Below are positions 1 to 14,153 of a stretch of DNA of 64,000 nucleotides, in pieces. Source of the DNA: Squalus acanthias (Eukaryota). The translations under genes were made by a program, and so were the position numbers. Under the pieces are notes generated by a model. The model was not told where the DNA came from and did not search any database. It saw nothing but the letters and a program-made list of their open reading frames with translations. Location of the stretch: contig CM059430.1 in NCBI GenBank assembly GCA_030390025.1, forward strand, positions 118,048,001 through 118,112,000, given 5' to 3'. Position 1 is the stretch's first letter, and each line of letters starts with the position of its first letter.

Positions 1-150
1 ACACCCACCGTTATAAAACACTATCCCCTAAATCACTAAGCAATGCCACGAGAGACAGTAAGGGCCTCAGTACACTGGCTAGGGAGGGGAAATATCAGCC
101 TGAGTTTGTACTCGTGATAACTATCCAGTAACGTCTGCTGGAAAGTGCAT

Positions 151-898
151 GGGCTGGATTTTGAATGACCCATGGAGTCGGGTTTGGAGGCGTGTGGGGG
201 GTTAAATTTGCGGGGTCGGGGGTCCCGACCCCATCCCGACTCCATCCCGCCTCCACGCAATTTTGACAAAATCAGTCGCGGGGTTCCCGACTCCGTCCTG
301 CCTCCAAGAGGCGGGAGAGGCCATTAAAGCCCTTAACAAGCCCTAAATTGGCTCTGCAATGCCATTTTAAAACGTTTCAGCTAGTTTAACCCTTTTCCGA
401 CGTGAAGTACGCCTGATGTGAAACACGCCAGTGAAACCTGGCGGGAGCACAAGTGGATAGCTGACTATCAGCTGCAGGTCCACTATTAAAACGGAGATGT
501 GATGAAGGTAGTAGTAGTATTAGGTGTGAAAGTCGCCTCTGATGCTGCTGCATTGAATGTCTTCAGAGACTGCATGGCCTTTGCTGTGAGAAGACTTGGA
601 TGCAAAAAAAATCTCTCTCTCTCCTCTCCTTCCTTTCACATCCAGGTCCACTCACATCAAAAGCCAGGCAGGTCCTCTCTCACCAACAACCAGACAAGCT
701 CTGAGACCAGGCAGTCAGCAATGATGACATCATCAGAGGCGACTTTCACACTGAAACCACTAATTAGTTCATGGGTTCCCACATGCTGGAACTCAATTGC
801 CCAATTAAGTGAAAATTGCATCATTCATCCACATTAATCCGGAGTCGGGGGGGGAACACGAAATGCGGATAACACGACCCCAACACAAAATCCAGCCC
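151..898. mobile_element. PIF/Harbinger-like non-autonomous element (MITE)
   Basis: Perfect 13-bp TIR GGGCTGGATTTTG / CAAAATCCAGCCC and 3-bp TSD cat (148-150, 899-901). Interrupts a SINE copy. Confidence 0.8.
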
Positions 899-1079
899 CA
901 TGTGTTTGTGGATATCACAAGGAGAGGGTCAAGTTTGGTTGTCACGTTTCCTTTAGTGAAATAAGTGACATTCACTGTCTAGAAAAGCCACTAGGATAGC
1001 CTGCATATGAATAATAAAACAGTTCTAAATAAAAATGAAACCACAATACACCCAGAAAAACTCACCCTGAGGCTGCAAT

Positions 1080-1883
1080 GGGCTGGATTTTGCCAGCCCT
1101 GGGGAGGCGGGTTGGGAGGCGGGACTGCCGGGAAAATGGCAGAATCTGGGGGCGGGTACTCATCCCGCCCCCAACCCACCCCGGTGCCATCTTCCCAGGA
1201 GGCGGGTAGCCGACCCGCGCTGGGTCCTATCTCCTGGAGGTGGGAAGGGGATTACAGCCACTTAACTGCCTGTTAACAGGTAGTTAACAGGCAGTTAAGA
1301 GGATTATCCCCATTTTTCCACCAGAGGCGCAGGCTTCCCAACGTCGGGAAACCCCGCCAGGGTCACCGAGGCGAGCAGTGGGTCTGCGGGGGTCAAAAGT
1401 GCGCTGTGGAGGTAAGTGATGGGTGCAAGTGTGGAGAGGTGAGGATGTGAGGTGAGTGGAAAGTGATAGAAAATGTTTACTTACCTTTGTTTCTTCCTGC
1501 AGGCTTCAACAGTTGGGGATGCAGAGACTCTCGCATCTCATCGGCAGAGATGACAGATGGCTGCTGCATTCTCTGATGCAACAGCCATCTGATTTCTGCT
1601 CACAAGAGGTTTTATGAGTCTTGAATACAAGAACTCATCAAACAACAGAGAATGTCAGTGTTTGACAGCTTCACAGAGCTGTCAAACGATGATGAAACGT
1701 CATTCGCTGAAGTTCTCTGTAACTGGCTTCCCCTTAATTGGCCTGCTAAGCCCGCTGGGCAGGCTTAACAAGGTCAATCAAGGGAAAATAGTGTGGGTTG
1801 GCCACAAGTCGATGGAGGCGGGACTAAAACCCGACAAGTGGGAGTCCCGCCTCCAAATGCTCCCCATTGGCAAAATCCAGCCC
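1080..1883. mobile_element. PIF/Harbinger-like MITE
   Basis: Perfect 16-bp TIR GGGCTGGATTTTGCCA / TGGCAAAATCCAGCCC. Flanks are aat and att. Confidence 0.78.
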
Positions 1884-4800
1884 ATTATCTCTAATTCATG
1901 TTGTGAGGGCTTGTAATTCACCTAGTGGCAGATTGCCATCTAGTGGTTTACATGAAGTTCTGCCATAGACTCAATTTGGGGACTTACATTGGAGAATATA
2001 GCAAATACATAGGACAAAGCAAACAGTGGAAATTATTTACCATTAAAGTAATTGATAGTGGACAAGGAGTTGCATTCAGCAGTGGTTAACAATTTTGGAC
2101 CGGAACTACCAGAATGTTGTTACAGCCTCTTGGGCCCCTTTAAACTTATGGATATTAATTCTGGTAAGTGTGCAGAATTAAACATCTGTAGAACTTGCAC
2201 TGCAAAAGTCTCTCCTCCACTTACTAAGCGAGTACTTAGTCCAGGCAAGGCCTGGAGTTAGTGAATTTAACAAAGAGGAAGATTTTGAAGGATTCCAACA
2301 GTGACACAAGTGAATAATGTAGACAAGCCTTTGGGGAAATGGGGTCAGGTGGTTGAAACAAACCTTCTAAATGGGCAACAGTTCGGAGTTCAAAAAGCTC
2401 GTAGAGATCACATTACAAGCTCAGCTTTCACACATTAAAATGAGGCTGAGCTGTTGTGACGTTTTCACAGGCTGCTTTAGTGTTTGGTTTATTATTCTCA
2501 AATTCATGTTAGAAATTTTGTACAGCTTGGTCAGCCAAAACTGGCATATCATAATCCTCTTCCTTTTGGTCAATCTCAGACTTCCAGGCCCTTTCTGGAG
2601 GTGGGGTGGTCTGAGTAGTTATTTCTGCAGGCAGGACTATCCAAGTTTGTAAATATATCTTTATATGAATAAACTGTTTGAAAAATTATTTCATGCATTT
2701 TGACAGAAGACCATAATCAATAGTGTCTGACACAGGCTTACAATTTTGCAGGATTTTATTTTCTTGGTACATAGGAAATATCCACAAATTAGACAGCTTA
2801 ATAGAAGGTCTTCTACTAGAGTTTTTGCAAAATGGGTGTTTAAGATTCCATGGGGCAGATTATGCATGTATGTCATTGGTTATATATTCAACAATGTCCC
2901 TTTCTCTCCCTCCTATGGAGGCATAGATTTTGATATGCCTTGAGCTTTGCTTCGAGGATCTTTATAAAATTTCCTTATGGAAAAAAAATTACAAAACTAA
3001 GTATAAAATACATGTATTTGCATACTCAAGATTTCATTTGGTTAAATTGTCACTACATGCAGTCAAATGTTGGAAGAAACATACTTTAAATAATACTCTG
3101 TAGTGTTGCTTTCAGGCACTTCTGCCCAAGTTCTGAATCTTGTGAGGCATGATGTTCACTTCGCTGATTTTGTCATCAAGATGACTCAGTTTATGACATT
3201 AAATTGCTTTTGCTAAAACCCCTCAAACTAATTGAAGGTACAATTTTATCTGTTTCTGTACTTTGCTATAATGTTAATAGTCCTAATTCAATTTAATTCG
3301 CCAAAGTTACTCAACAGCTTTGATCGCCATGCAAATCCTGTTTTTAGGACATCTGTGGCAGGGGCAGAGCGAAACTGAATTTAAATGGATGGAAAATCAG
3401 GCACTGCAGGCCTGTGATTTCCCAACCAGTGCTTCTGATAAACACTGCTCCTCACCAGAAGTGCCCGACTAGAGACTCAGCCTTTTATTCTAAAATAAGC
3501 TCCCCAGTGAAGACACTGTAATGGAATAGTTGTCAGGCATTGGGGCATTTTTTGTACAGGGGTGGATTTATTTCATGACACTAGCCCTCTTGAACCAGCA
3601 TGGAGGGGCTCCAAATCTCCATTCCGTGTCTAAAGATTTTATACATTTAGCTACTTAAATATGTGAAAGAGTAACAGGAATGAAATAATTATGAGAAATT
3701 TAAAACAAGCGGCATAAACGTACTTTATAATTATCAAGTAGATGAACAGTTCAGTCTATACTGGATCACAGAAAAAAAGCACAGGTATGGGTTTTTAAGT
3801 ATAAAACATGGGTAAATCTCACCTTATTGACATCTGTAGTACTGCTGATATTTGGCATTGTTGACCTTCATGAAGACTAATTTTCTATTGAGGTGCATTA
3901 AAACTTGAAACATAATTCACACTGAATCATGATATATACAATATAAAGCAATTTAATCAGGTGCTTATATAAAATAGGAGATATTACAAGTGCATGTAAA
4001 TATTCTTAAGCTAAATATCACACAGAGATTAAATCAATTTGAATTACATTTGACCCTTGTGAATTTACAGTTACCTGTATACAGTGAAGAGGCAGAGGCC
4101 CGTAGTCTCTAATCTGGAAGCAGACTTATCTATATTGAAAGTTGTCAACATTACCTAACAATTTACTATTTTATCACCAGAATTCCAAATATCTACAGTT
4201 TTTTTTTTGCTTTTCAAAGCTAAATAAAGAAAACGAATGTTAGGATTACAAATATATCCAAACATTTATCACTAATCAAATTGGGTTCTGTTATGTACAA
4301 TAAAAAAATAAATTATTCACAGTTTTTATATATTTTTCAATTAAACGTCTACAATTTTCTAGTAGATCCCAAAATCACTGCAGTGCACTCTCCTGCTGGG
4401 TGCTGTGCTATTCACAGCTTTGATTTGGTAAAGGTTCATTACTTTGGTTTTGCGTGAAGATTAAACTTCATGATTCAGTGCTGCACAACAGGAACACGTG
4501 TAAGGTATTGCCTCCTCATCAATGCAGGGTATCAGAGGCTCTGAGGAGCAGTTCAATTGTTTTAACTTCTTTCAGAACATCCCAGGAAATGTTCTGAAAT
4601 AATCTTCCAGAATAATGTCCTACAATGCCCTTAACTTCCAGTGCTTGGGCATCCTCTACCCCACCAAATAGTTCTTCCAATTTTTATTTTCCGACCCTTT
4701 CCTCCTCCCCCACCCACCCATCCCATAGAACCATGCCAGGTGGCCTGATCCAGCTCAGCCATTTGTCTTGAGCTGAAACCCATCAATGACTCTTCCTCTG

Positions 4801-5800
4801 ACTTTTATCTTCCTGCTCGTTTCCCCATACCTGTGAGAAGATGCAGGGCCTCCGCTGTACACCACCCCACAGTTGCATAGCTATCATTGACATCCCACCA
4901 ACATTCGGAAATGGTGATGTGAATCCACATCCCACAATTCTGATCCCCACCACAACCCCCCTAACACAATCAAGTAGCTGACCAACGCTCACAGTACCTG
5001 GCCCCACTAATTAGGGGCATCACAGATTGTCATTTCCAAGGCAATGACAGTGAAACACTGGAAGAGCAGCAAGCTGGTGCTGGAAGCAAGGTTCAGTAAA
5101 GAAAAGTCTTGTTTCAGTACCAAAAGCTTGGAGACAACCTGATGATTATTTTTTTTCTAAATAAGGTGGTAATGGGGAGATTTTTGCACAAATACGAAGT
5201 TAAGCTCATTGGAGGTGCTCACCCTGAATATTTTTGAAACAAGTCTGGAATGAACTGCCAACCTCTTGAGCCAGTTTTTTCTTCAATTTATGCTTCAAGT
5301 TCTGAGAGAACATGGAAAGTCTTCATTTTAATAGTGCAGATTTGTACGTTCTAAGGATTTCCTTTAATGATACCTCTTCCCCCTTCCCACCCCCACGCCG
5401 CCTAGAGTCACCATACAGCATGCACAAGGTGGTTATTAGGAGGCTGAATCTGCTGGGAAGGATTAGGTAAGAGGACAATTGCAAATCACATTCTGCCAAA
5501 GGTTGGCTTTGTTGGTAGCCCTCTCACCCAAGACAGAAGATTGTGGGTCGGAATACCACAGTAGGACTTGAGTGCATAACACAGGAGTATTGAGGGAGTG
5601 CTGCATCCTTCAGTTAAGCTGTTAAACCTCTTTAGTTGAACATTAAAGCTGTAATGGGAAGGCAGTAGGGTTGGAAATTTTGGGAGAATTAGATGAAATG
5701 GGCTAAAGAGCGTTTTTCAACCACACCTACCTAGTTGGGAATAATATGCGTCACATGGGGGAGAGCATCTTTAAATCTAACTTGATTAGGAAAACATCGT

Positions 5801-5893
5801 GGCCGGGGTTTTCCGTTTCTGTGCTTGTCATTTTTTTTTTTTAATGGGCAGAAAATTACAGGCTAGTGAACGCAGAAGTGGAAAACTCCAGCT
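5801..5893. mobile_element. Short MITE-like inverted repeat
   Basis: gccggggttttccgtttctgtg imperfectly complements cgcagaagtggaaaactccagct. Confidence 0.45.
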
Positions 5894-6412
5894 TATAAAT
5901 CTTACCTCCTTTAAACTTGGTGCACAGCCAATAACTAACCTTATTGGGGTCTGACCTGACTGCCAGTGCATCAATTTGTCAAACTCAGCTGGTTACATTT
6001 GTGACATGAACTGCTCAATCTTTACGTTTCTAGGATTCAAAATCTTTAAGGTGAGTTTACATGTGAGTTTGAATATGGCTCCCAAATTCAAAATGGACGA
6101 TGGGAATCAAGAAACTCAGAAAACACAGGTTACCAAAGAGTAACCAAAGAGTTTTAAATTTAGTGTTTGTTTTGAAGAGAAAGGGTTAGAAATAGATAGG
6201 ATGTTATTCTGATTAAAAGTAGAATAAAACTGAAGGTTAATAATATAGCAAAAATAAAATAGGGAATGAAGAAAAAAGTGAACGGAGAAAGATAAATGTT
6301 TAATTTTTTTCCAAATTTAAGATAACTTAAGTGTTCATTTTAGTAATTTAAGATTGTTAGATTTGGGTAACTAATTTTGATGAAAGAATATGTGGGGGGA
6401 GGGGGAGGGTAG

Positions 6413-6788
6413 GGGTCTGAAAATTTCAGGTGCAGTGAGACTGGCAGCACTTCGGTTAGGTGTAGTGCAAGTCTCGATAAGAATTTTTTAAAAAACAAAG
6501 AAAATAGCTATCAAACTCCAGAAATCTGTTACGCTGATTTCAGGAGACTTTGGGACATGCTACACCTAAATTTTGGGTCTACACCACTACATGATTTGTA
6601 TGAATGCAGGAAACATGCATGAGCTGGTTTTTGCATGGTCGTGTCCCTGTGTAGAGTGTTTCAGTGGACGTATCTCAGAAGTGACGCAAACCATCGAGGA
6701 AATTTGCACGTAGCGAAGTTTCACCGTAAATATGGCAGTAAATCAGTTACATGTAATTGTGCCAAAAAGTTCCCGGAAATTCCGGGCC
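6413..6788. mobile_element. Degenerate Harbinger-like MITE
   Basis: Imperfect TIRs ggtctgaaaatttcagg and ccggaaattccgggcc. Confidence 0.4.
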
Positions 6789-7557
6789 ATTGTTGGTGAC
6801 TCAGCAATAGGGGCATAATTCAGGATTATCACAAGAAGAAGGAAGTTTAAGGATTTCCCCCCTCCCCCCAAGAATTATTAGAATGTGGAATTTACAATGT
6901 TTCAATCTACATAATATCACTTTGTGGAACCAAATACCATTCTTCCCTCAAAAACCCAATTTTGAGATGTACATGCAATGCATTGTACTCCCCCATCGAG
7001 TGGCAATGCATATTTGTGGTGTGCTGCTACAAAGGAGTCAATAATGTCATACAATTTTGGAAGGCTGGGGGGGGGGGGGGGGGCGGGGGGGGCGTGGTTA
7101 CAACAGCCTTGTTCTCTAATGCAGCCACACTAGCCCCTCAGAGTGCAAATAACAAACATATCTGCTCAATCTTTAAAAGTAAACTCCACAGATCCCCAGT
7201 GCTGTTCTCAATTTCTAGCTGCTCCATAAACTGGGCAGAAATGGCCTTCATCGTGTGAGTTACTGTTCTTTCCTTCTTCCTTAATCCTGGCCCAATAAAA
7301 TGGGCAGAAACATATTAAAATGGTGCATCATGTATTAATTTTCTAGCCAAAAAAAAGTGATTTGTGTTGCCAAATAGAATGCAGCTATTGCTTCTGATGT
7401 ACACAATAAACTATTAATTATACCCAATTGTCTTAAAAGCACATCAAAAATGATTTCCATATGGCAATATCTCTCCCAAGTGCCAAAACAATGCAGATAT
7501 AGGAGAAAGACATGCGAGGAGACATAAACAGATTGTTGGGGGGGCGGGGGGGGGGAG

Positions 7558-7560
<3 letters not shown>

Positions 7561-7595
<35 letters not shown>
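7561..7595. repeat. (GA)n microsatellite preceded by a G run
   Basis: About 17 GA units, seen directly. Confidence 0.95.
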
Positions 7596-7600
<5 letters not shown>

Positions 7601-8121
7601 ATTGCAAATCAGGGGAACCTTCATTAGATTGGACAAGTAGTCCCACACATCAGAACAGCATTCTGATGAAGGATCCCACCGGAAACCGTAACATATCGTT
7701 TCACTTTTCAGATGATTTAACATTTAACATGATTGTATGACATTCTTTTGTCCACTATTTTAGCATTAACCTGTTTAAAACAGGTTAAATCCTGAATTAG
7801 AATAGTGGATAGATGAACATTATACTAAAAGTTTAAAGCATCGCCTCTTAATTTTGCCAACAGTAATTTCTAGGCTTAGCTCGGAAATCAATCAGTGCCG
7901 TTAGATTAGATAAATTATGATTTTCCTACTCTGGAATATCTATAATCCATACAGAGCTTAAAAAAACTGTGAAACAGAGTTAAAACATAAAATGCTGAAA
8001 ATAAACAGCATCTGAAAAGAGAAATAGTGGATGGAGGAACACCATACAATTTAATTGTTTGTCTGCTATCACAGACAATAGTTTCTAAGCTTCACACACT
8101 CTGAAGACCTGCATCAAATCA

Positions 8122-9013
8122 GGCCCCAGACATTATGGGGATAATGGCAATCACCCACCCTAGGGTGGGTGAGGAGCAGGTGGGGGGGGGGTTAAAATAA
8201 AAAATAAAACAGGGCAACCCGACCCCAACCGGCCCATTTCTGGTTTTAATGGAGGCAGGTTGGGGGCCGGTTAATTCTTGGAGGCTACGGACCTCCACTT
8301 TAACACAACTTTTATTTTTAACACCTGCAGGCCGGGTTTTCCAGGCCTACAGGGAGGTGTGAAGGACCAGATTCATCAAGTAACTGCCTTTACCGCACTG
8401 CTTGTGGGCCAGGAGGAGCAGGAGTGTTTCCTCCCAGCCCAACAAGCAAACCTATAACTCCTACCACAATCTGTCCGACCCTCTCTTGCGATCTGTCCGC
8501 ACCCCCCCCCTGCAAGCTGTCCGACCTCTACATCTTCCCCCCCCCCGCCAATGTCCAACCTCCCCCCCGCCCATCTGTCCGACCCTCCGCTGCGATGTCC
8601 AACCCTCCCCCGCGAGATCTTCCCCCCCGCCACGCCCGACCACCTGTCTGACCCGACCCTGCGATCTTTTCTCCCCCCCAAAATCTGTCCGAGCACCCCG
8701 CCCCACCCCCGACCATCTGTCCGATGCTCCCTCCCCCGCTACCCCCCGACCATCTGTCCGACCTCACCCAACCCAGCCATCTATCCATCCCCCTTCTGAT
8801 GAGAGGCCCTCCCAATCACAGATCCCCAGCTGCAGCTTGGAGCCGCAGGCTACATGCCCGACAGCCAGCCAGCCTTCAATCTGGAAAGAGGAAGTCGAAA
8901 AAAAATTCAGGTCCTATCATTAAATTCGTCAGGACCTCCAGGAAACCCATATTTCCGGAATCCCCCACGCTAAACCTCTCCCTCGCACACTTACCGCCTC
9001 AGTTATCGGGGCC
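8122..9013. mobile_element. GC-rich Harbinger-like non-autonomous element with internal short repeats
   Basis: Ends are ggccccagaca and ttatcggggcc. The motif atctgtccga recurs between C runs at about 8470-8790. Confidence 0.5.
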
Positions 9014-11635
9014 ATTGGGTTAGCTGGGACATTTACTTCAACACCCAACTTCAAAGGAAACCCTTAAAACAGCAAATCTGCAAAAAGAAACTTTCCCATA
9101 CACTATATGGTGATTGAGGTACCTTGATTGAAGGTCTGGTGGACTACAGTAAATTGCAGTACAATGTAATAAAAGCAGCTTTGTAATTTTTTCTTTTTTG
9201 GCAGAAATCCAATAATTCCAGTTTTTGAATAAAAGCTAAGTTAATACACTAACTTAACAAATAGGAGAATCATAACCTAAAACATATCCCATTCCTCCCC
9301 CCCCCCCAATACAAGTCTACATGATATGAAAGCGGTTACAGTCCGATAAATGAGAAATTATTCTGTGCAAAATAAAACATAAATGGCGCAACAATCATTC
9401 AAACACTCCATTATCAAGCAGAGGTTTTACGATTCCTTCATTATTCTAACACAGCTACTAAGAATATGTCACCACTTACCTTTTACCCCATCTTTAAGTG
9501 CTAGTGGCTATTAGCATAGATTTATTTGCTCTGAATTTATTAGGACAGACATTTCTGATAATGAAAACAGCTGCCAGTTTGATGGTATCAACAAAGATGG
9601 AGACTAATGTCCACCTGCTCAAACAATCCACAACTCAACCCATGAAACTGGCTGTTCCTAGTCCAATTGATCATATACAGAAGGGAGTGAGGGTATCTTA
9701 ACAAATCAGCTGGTGTTGGAATGAAAACAAAGATTACTGTAATACTGATACTTGCCACTAGATGTCACGAGTACATTATATTCTATTATATTTGCAGGGC
9801 ATGGAATGCTAAAGACACCCGGGATTAGACTGTTATCATATACCAATTCTTTCTGCACTTGGACATTTTGAATCCAACTCTGAAAATAGCTATGATTTTC
9901 TGGATGCATCATGGGTTCAGTGTCTGAGATTAATTGGCAATTTCATTGCAATTTTAACCGAGAACAAAAGTGCCATCTTTAATGAGAAGCTTGCCCCCCC
10001 CCCCCCCCCCCCCAAATTTCCTACCCCTTGAAGGTGCTCTAGGTGCCAGCTGCCTTCCAGTATCTTGCCCAAAGGGCCATTGTTTGAGTGTGGGCACAGA
10101 TTGAGAGAAGGGAGGCTATTTTACTATGAAAGGTTATCACAGTTGAACCCAATCCTGTCCTTACCAAACATCCACATTCACACTTTCCAGTAAAGCTCAC
10201 TGGATAGTGGTCAGGTGCTGGAACAGTGGCTGATTTTCCCCTTCTCTCCCACCCCAGCAGAGGCCAGCTACCTCAGCACAGACCAAGGATCAAAACTTGG
10301 ACTCTTCTGGTCTGTTTTGCTCACTTGTACACTGGGCAGTGTGTTTACTAATGAGCCATCGGAGGGAGACTAAAGCATTTTTATTTGAGGGTTACACATT
10401 TAAAGGGGCACCCCATTGCCTTTGTACAATAACACAAAGCTTTAGGGCAGTATTTGTATACATGCAATATAATAATGTTTCTGAAAGTGAAAAGCATCAT
10501 CGTGTCACTTGAATTTGACATAAAATGACTTGTGGGTCTTCTGGATTATTTCCTCCCCAAAAACGGCAGCAATCCTCCATCAAAAATAATTACAAAATAA
10601 TTAAATATCCCACTAAATAAATTGGTCAAATGGTCTGTTGTTTACCAGTGATTAAAAAAATTTCCTAATGACAATGATCTTTTATGGCAGTCATGCCTGT
10701 GATGCTTTTGTCATGGATATGTTAGGTGACCTGTGCAATGTTGAGTGTAGCACTATAGTAGCATGCACTGAACTGAAGCAGGGTAAAAGTGAAACAACTA
10801 CAAAATTGGAATTTAAAAAAATCAATTCATTACAATTTTCTTTCACTAGGACAGCAGCAACTGAGAAAAAAATGTCACCTGGACAGGCAGATTTTGGCTG
10901 GTTCCATCATACAGAGTGCAACTCAACCCCAGAAAATGTCTTGGCTAAAAATTCAGCTGATGGGAGTTGTTTTCGAAAATCCTGAATTCATGCTATTAAT
11001 TTAATCTCAAAATTATGACGGCCCTTTCTTTTTCTCCCCATCATCCCCTGCTGAAGGCACTGATTCTTAACGAGGTAAGGTTCTGCTTGCACTGGCAGCC
11101 ATCCAGTACCTCGCTCACATAGACATTGAGTATCAGTAGGCTATTTAACTGCAGAGGACATCAGAGTCAAGCCCAATATTGCTCTCAGCCAACATCCACA
11201 TTTTCCAGCAGCTGTCACTGGATAATAATCAGGAGCAGGAATCTGAGCTAACTTTCCCCTTCCTAGCTCGGGACTCTGAGGCCAGTTGTGATCCTCACGA
11301 TACCCCGACTAAAATCAGTCAATTCAATACTGGTGGGCGATTAAACTTGGGACCTTCCTGATCCCTACGGCCTAGTACTACACTGGTTGCCTTTACCAAT
11401 CGGGAGAAGCTAACACTCCCTTACTTTCAGATGAGCTGGTTCCACTGAAGAATGACAGATAATATGATAAGCAAGGCTAAGATTCATCATCACAACAATC
11501 AATCACAAATAGGGGGCATATATTCTGGATTTTAAACCAATGGATATTAGCACATTTGATTAAGGAATCCATTGCTTGCTAGAATTTGAAGGTTAGTGAT
11601 TTAGACCAAATATTTACTTTAAAGTGTTCTACATT

Positions 11636-11914
11636 TCAGATGTTGCTGTTTTTGCATGCTCCGAGGGATAAGCTCTCCCTCAAACACTTGAGCTGCTCCT
11701 CCCCAAGTTTGATTTTGTCCTCCAGCTCTCTCTGTTCAATGATGAGAGCAGATTTCATCTTTACAAAGTGAGTGTAATCCTGGAGCTCATCCTCCGACAG
11801 GTGCTTGACCAGGATAATATGGACAGCACGCTCCCTGCGATCCACATGTTCCTTCAGCTCTTTGGCCTCTTCAAGCTGCGCTGTGAGTTGTTTCTTCTTT
11901 TCAGTCAGTGCATG
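11636..11914 (-). CDS. SHROOM4: SHROOM4-like last coding exon (ASD2 C-terminus and TGA stop)
   Basis: Acceptor ttgcag. Encodes [12 protein letters not shown]...[42 protein letters not shown] at 11638-11636. Confidence 0.95.
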   Translation of the reverse strand, partial: HALTEKKKQLTAQLEEAKELKEHVDRRERAVHIILVKHLSEDELQDYTHFVKMKSALIIEQRELEDKIKLGEEQLKCLRESLSLGACKNSNI

Positions 11915-13608
11915 CTGCAAGTTAAAGTGAATAGTGCTGGTCAGTTAGATTTGCCTTCCCCTTCATTTTTTTCTGCACTTCCCTCTATTGTCTCCCAGCC
12001 AGTGTGTCATGCTAGGATACAGATCCACAGGAGGCAGCAGTCTTGTGGCACCTTTCTCAAATAGCTATTATTCATGTGTGAACACAGTGAATGCCAGCAT
12101 GCTAGATGGTTGTGGCAGGCATCACAGCTGAGCCTCACTCTGTTCTCACCCGATGTCCACACAGGTTAATTTTCAACAATGTTACCAGATAGCAAATCAA
12201 GATCAGGGACATTGGTTTTATTATGCTATGAAACAGAGTAGATAAACAGCCTTTTTTCTGGCTGCCAAAACTACTCTTAAAAACAAGATGCTACAGAGCA
12301 TCTGGAGTAATTTTTGTTTCCTCCTTATGGAGAAGTGACCAGCTTCCTATCAGGTGTGGAGAGGTCAGCTAATTCAGTACAGAATCAATCCTGGGACATT
12401 CACGGTCTCAATACCACACTAGGCACTGCACGCACTCACTGGAACATCAGCAGAATCAAATGTATTACTGAATTACAGTACTAGAGATTCCTGATGTTGT
12501 TCGGTGTTTGATGTGAGTAACCACTTCTACCCTATATTCTTATGCACAAGGAGTGTCAGGATTGTCCTAAACATTTAAAACCAAATTTTAATATCAGTAG
12601 CTGCAAAGAAGAATTTGACACATAGGTTCTCTGAGAGAACAATCTATTTTCATTGTGGCTTCTCTCACTTCTGACCAGGCCCAAGTAATTCAGGTGTCAT
12701 TATCATGCAAAATGTATTATTCTTCAAGATGATATGAGAGAAAAGTGTCTTTGATACCCTTCTACAGGGACTGGATTTGAAACTAAGCCAATATTTTGCT
12801 TTATTTGTAGCCAATAACAATGAAATGGTTGGTGGACTGGGGCAGTGCAATGGAGCACTAATGCACAACTAAGGAAGTGGTGGGATATCTATTTATTCCA
12901 TAATTCTCCACAGAGTTCCTCGATAGGTTGGTTGATTTTTCATAAGGAGGAAACAAAACTTACCCTGGTTGTTTTGTAGCGTTTTTTTTTTATAAATGAG
13001 CAGTTCTGGCAGCCAGGTAAAACCTGTTTTGTCTAATCTGTTTTACATCACACTATGCCTGGTTAACAACGTGACATGTAAGGTTCCCATATTACCTAGT
13101 GTCTTATTTGAGGACCACACTCCAGCATGCTGCAACATGTTGTACCAGGGAGTGATGAGACATGGATCTGCACATACAGATCTTCACACAATTTCAATTG
13201 TGCCACTGTGTCAGTTGTCAAGTGGAAGCCAGGCACCACTTTAAAAGACAAGGGGGTAAAAGAAAGGGCAAATAGTTGTACAAATCAGTCCCAAAGTTTT
13301 AACAGACCCCTTTCACAGCATCCAGTTACTATTCCCTTCCTCTCTGTTGCTGGAGAGCAAGAAAATGAGTGGGAGCAGTATGGAATGTTGAACCTTGCTG
13401 ATATCCCACCACTGAGCAGGCTGTGAGTTGAGGCCCAGAAGCACATGAAGTAGGAGTCTGCTGAAGGAATAGATGACCGGAAGGAAGGATGCAAATGGCT
13501 GTTGGGCTGCATTGCGCGTACCCCCTTTCTAAAAACAATTTCCTGAACAACATCCACACAGAGAATAATGAATATATCTGTTAACTGGCATTTACTGACA
13601 CTACATAC

Positions 13609-13881
13609 CCTTTCTTCCTCACTTGTGTCAGGACCCAGATTATTTAAGGCATTTTCTACTCTAGCGAGTCGACCAGAGAGAGACAGCAACAGATTCACGA
13701 CCTTATCCAGATCGCCGATGAACATTCGGTACTTATCAAACTCATTTGGTTTGCAGACTTTGTTCACCATTCTTTCAGCCTCTTCCCCTAGGGCACAATT
13801 CGCACTGATGTCTTCCAGGAGGCTCTTCTGGGCTTCATGCAACACAGAGAGTTTTCTGCCAAGACTGCTGATCAATTGTTG
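13609..13881 (-). CDS. SHROOM4: SHROOM4-like ASD2 exon (273 nt, phase 0 to 0)
   Basis: Acceptor tttccatag and donor AGG|gtatgt. Encodes [37 protein letters not shown], the ASD2/SD2 core. Confidence 0.95.
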
Positions 13882-14153
13882 CTATGGAAATTGATGAGAA
13901 AAAAATATTGGTTAGAAAAGAGCTCGTTTACCCCAAAATGTTTTGAAAATGTATTTTCTCCACATGGCATATGCTATCTCTTAGCAGAAGCAACCTGCGC
14001 ACAGGCCTGGACCATTGTAATGGCTGCTAGGCATACAAGAGTGTCCCAGGCAGGCTTGCTTTCAGATTTTCTCTATTTCTTCCTGTGGTTTTGCTTGGCA
14101 CCTGCTTCTCTTCCTCACCTGAGACTATTCTGTACCTATGAAAAATGCATTAC

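Noticed and set aside
2700-4350. Distal polyadenylation site of the Shroom gene
   Set aside because: The region is AT-rich and UTR-like, with several minus-strand AATAAA hexamers (2755-2760, 3484-3489, 3568-3573), but none can be singled out without transcript data.
8376-9023. Cluster of overlapping Pro- and Gly-rich ORFs on both strands
   Set aside because: An artefact of a GC-rich, low-complexity tract inside a transposon; no recognisable domain.
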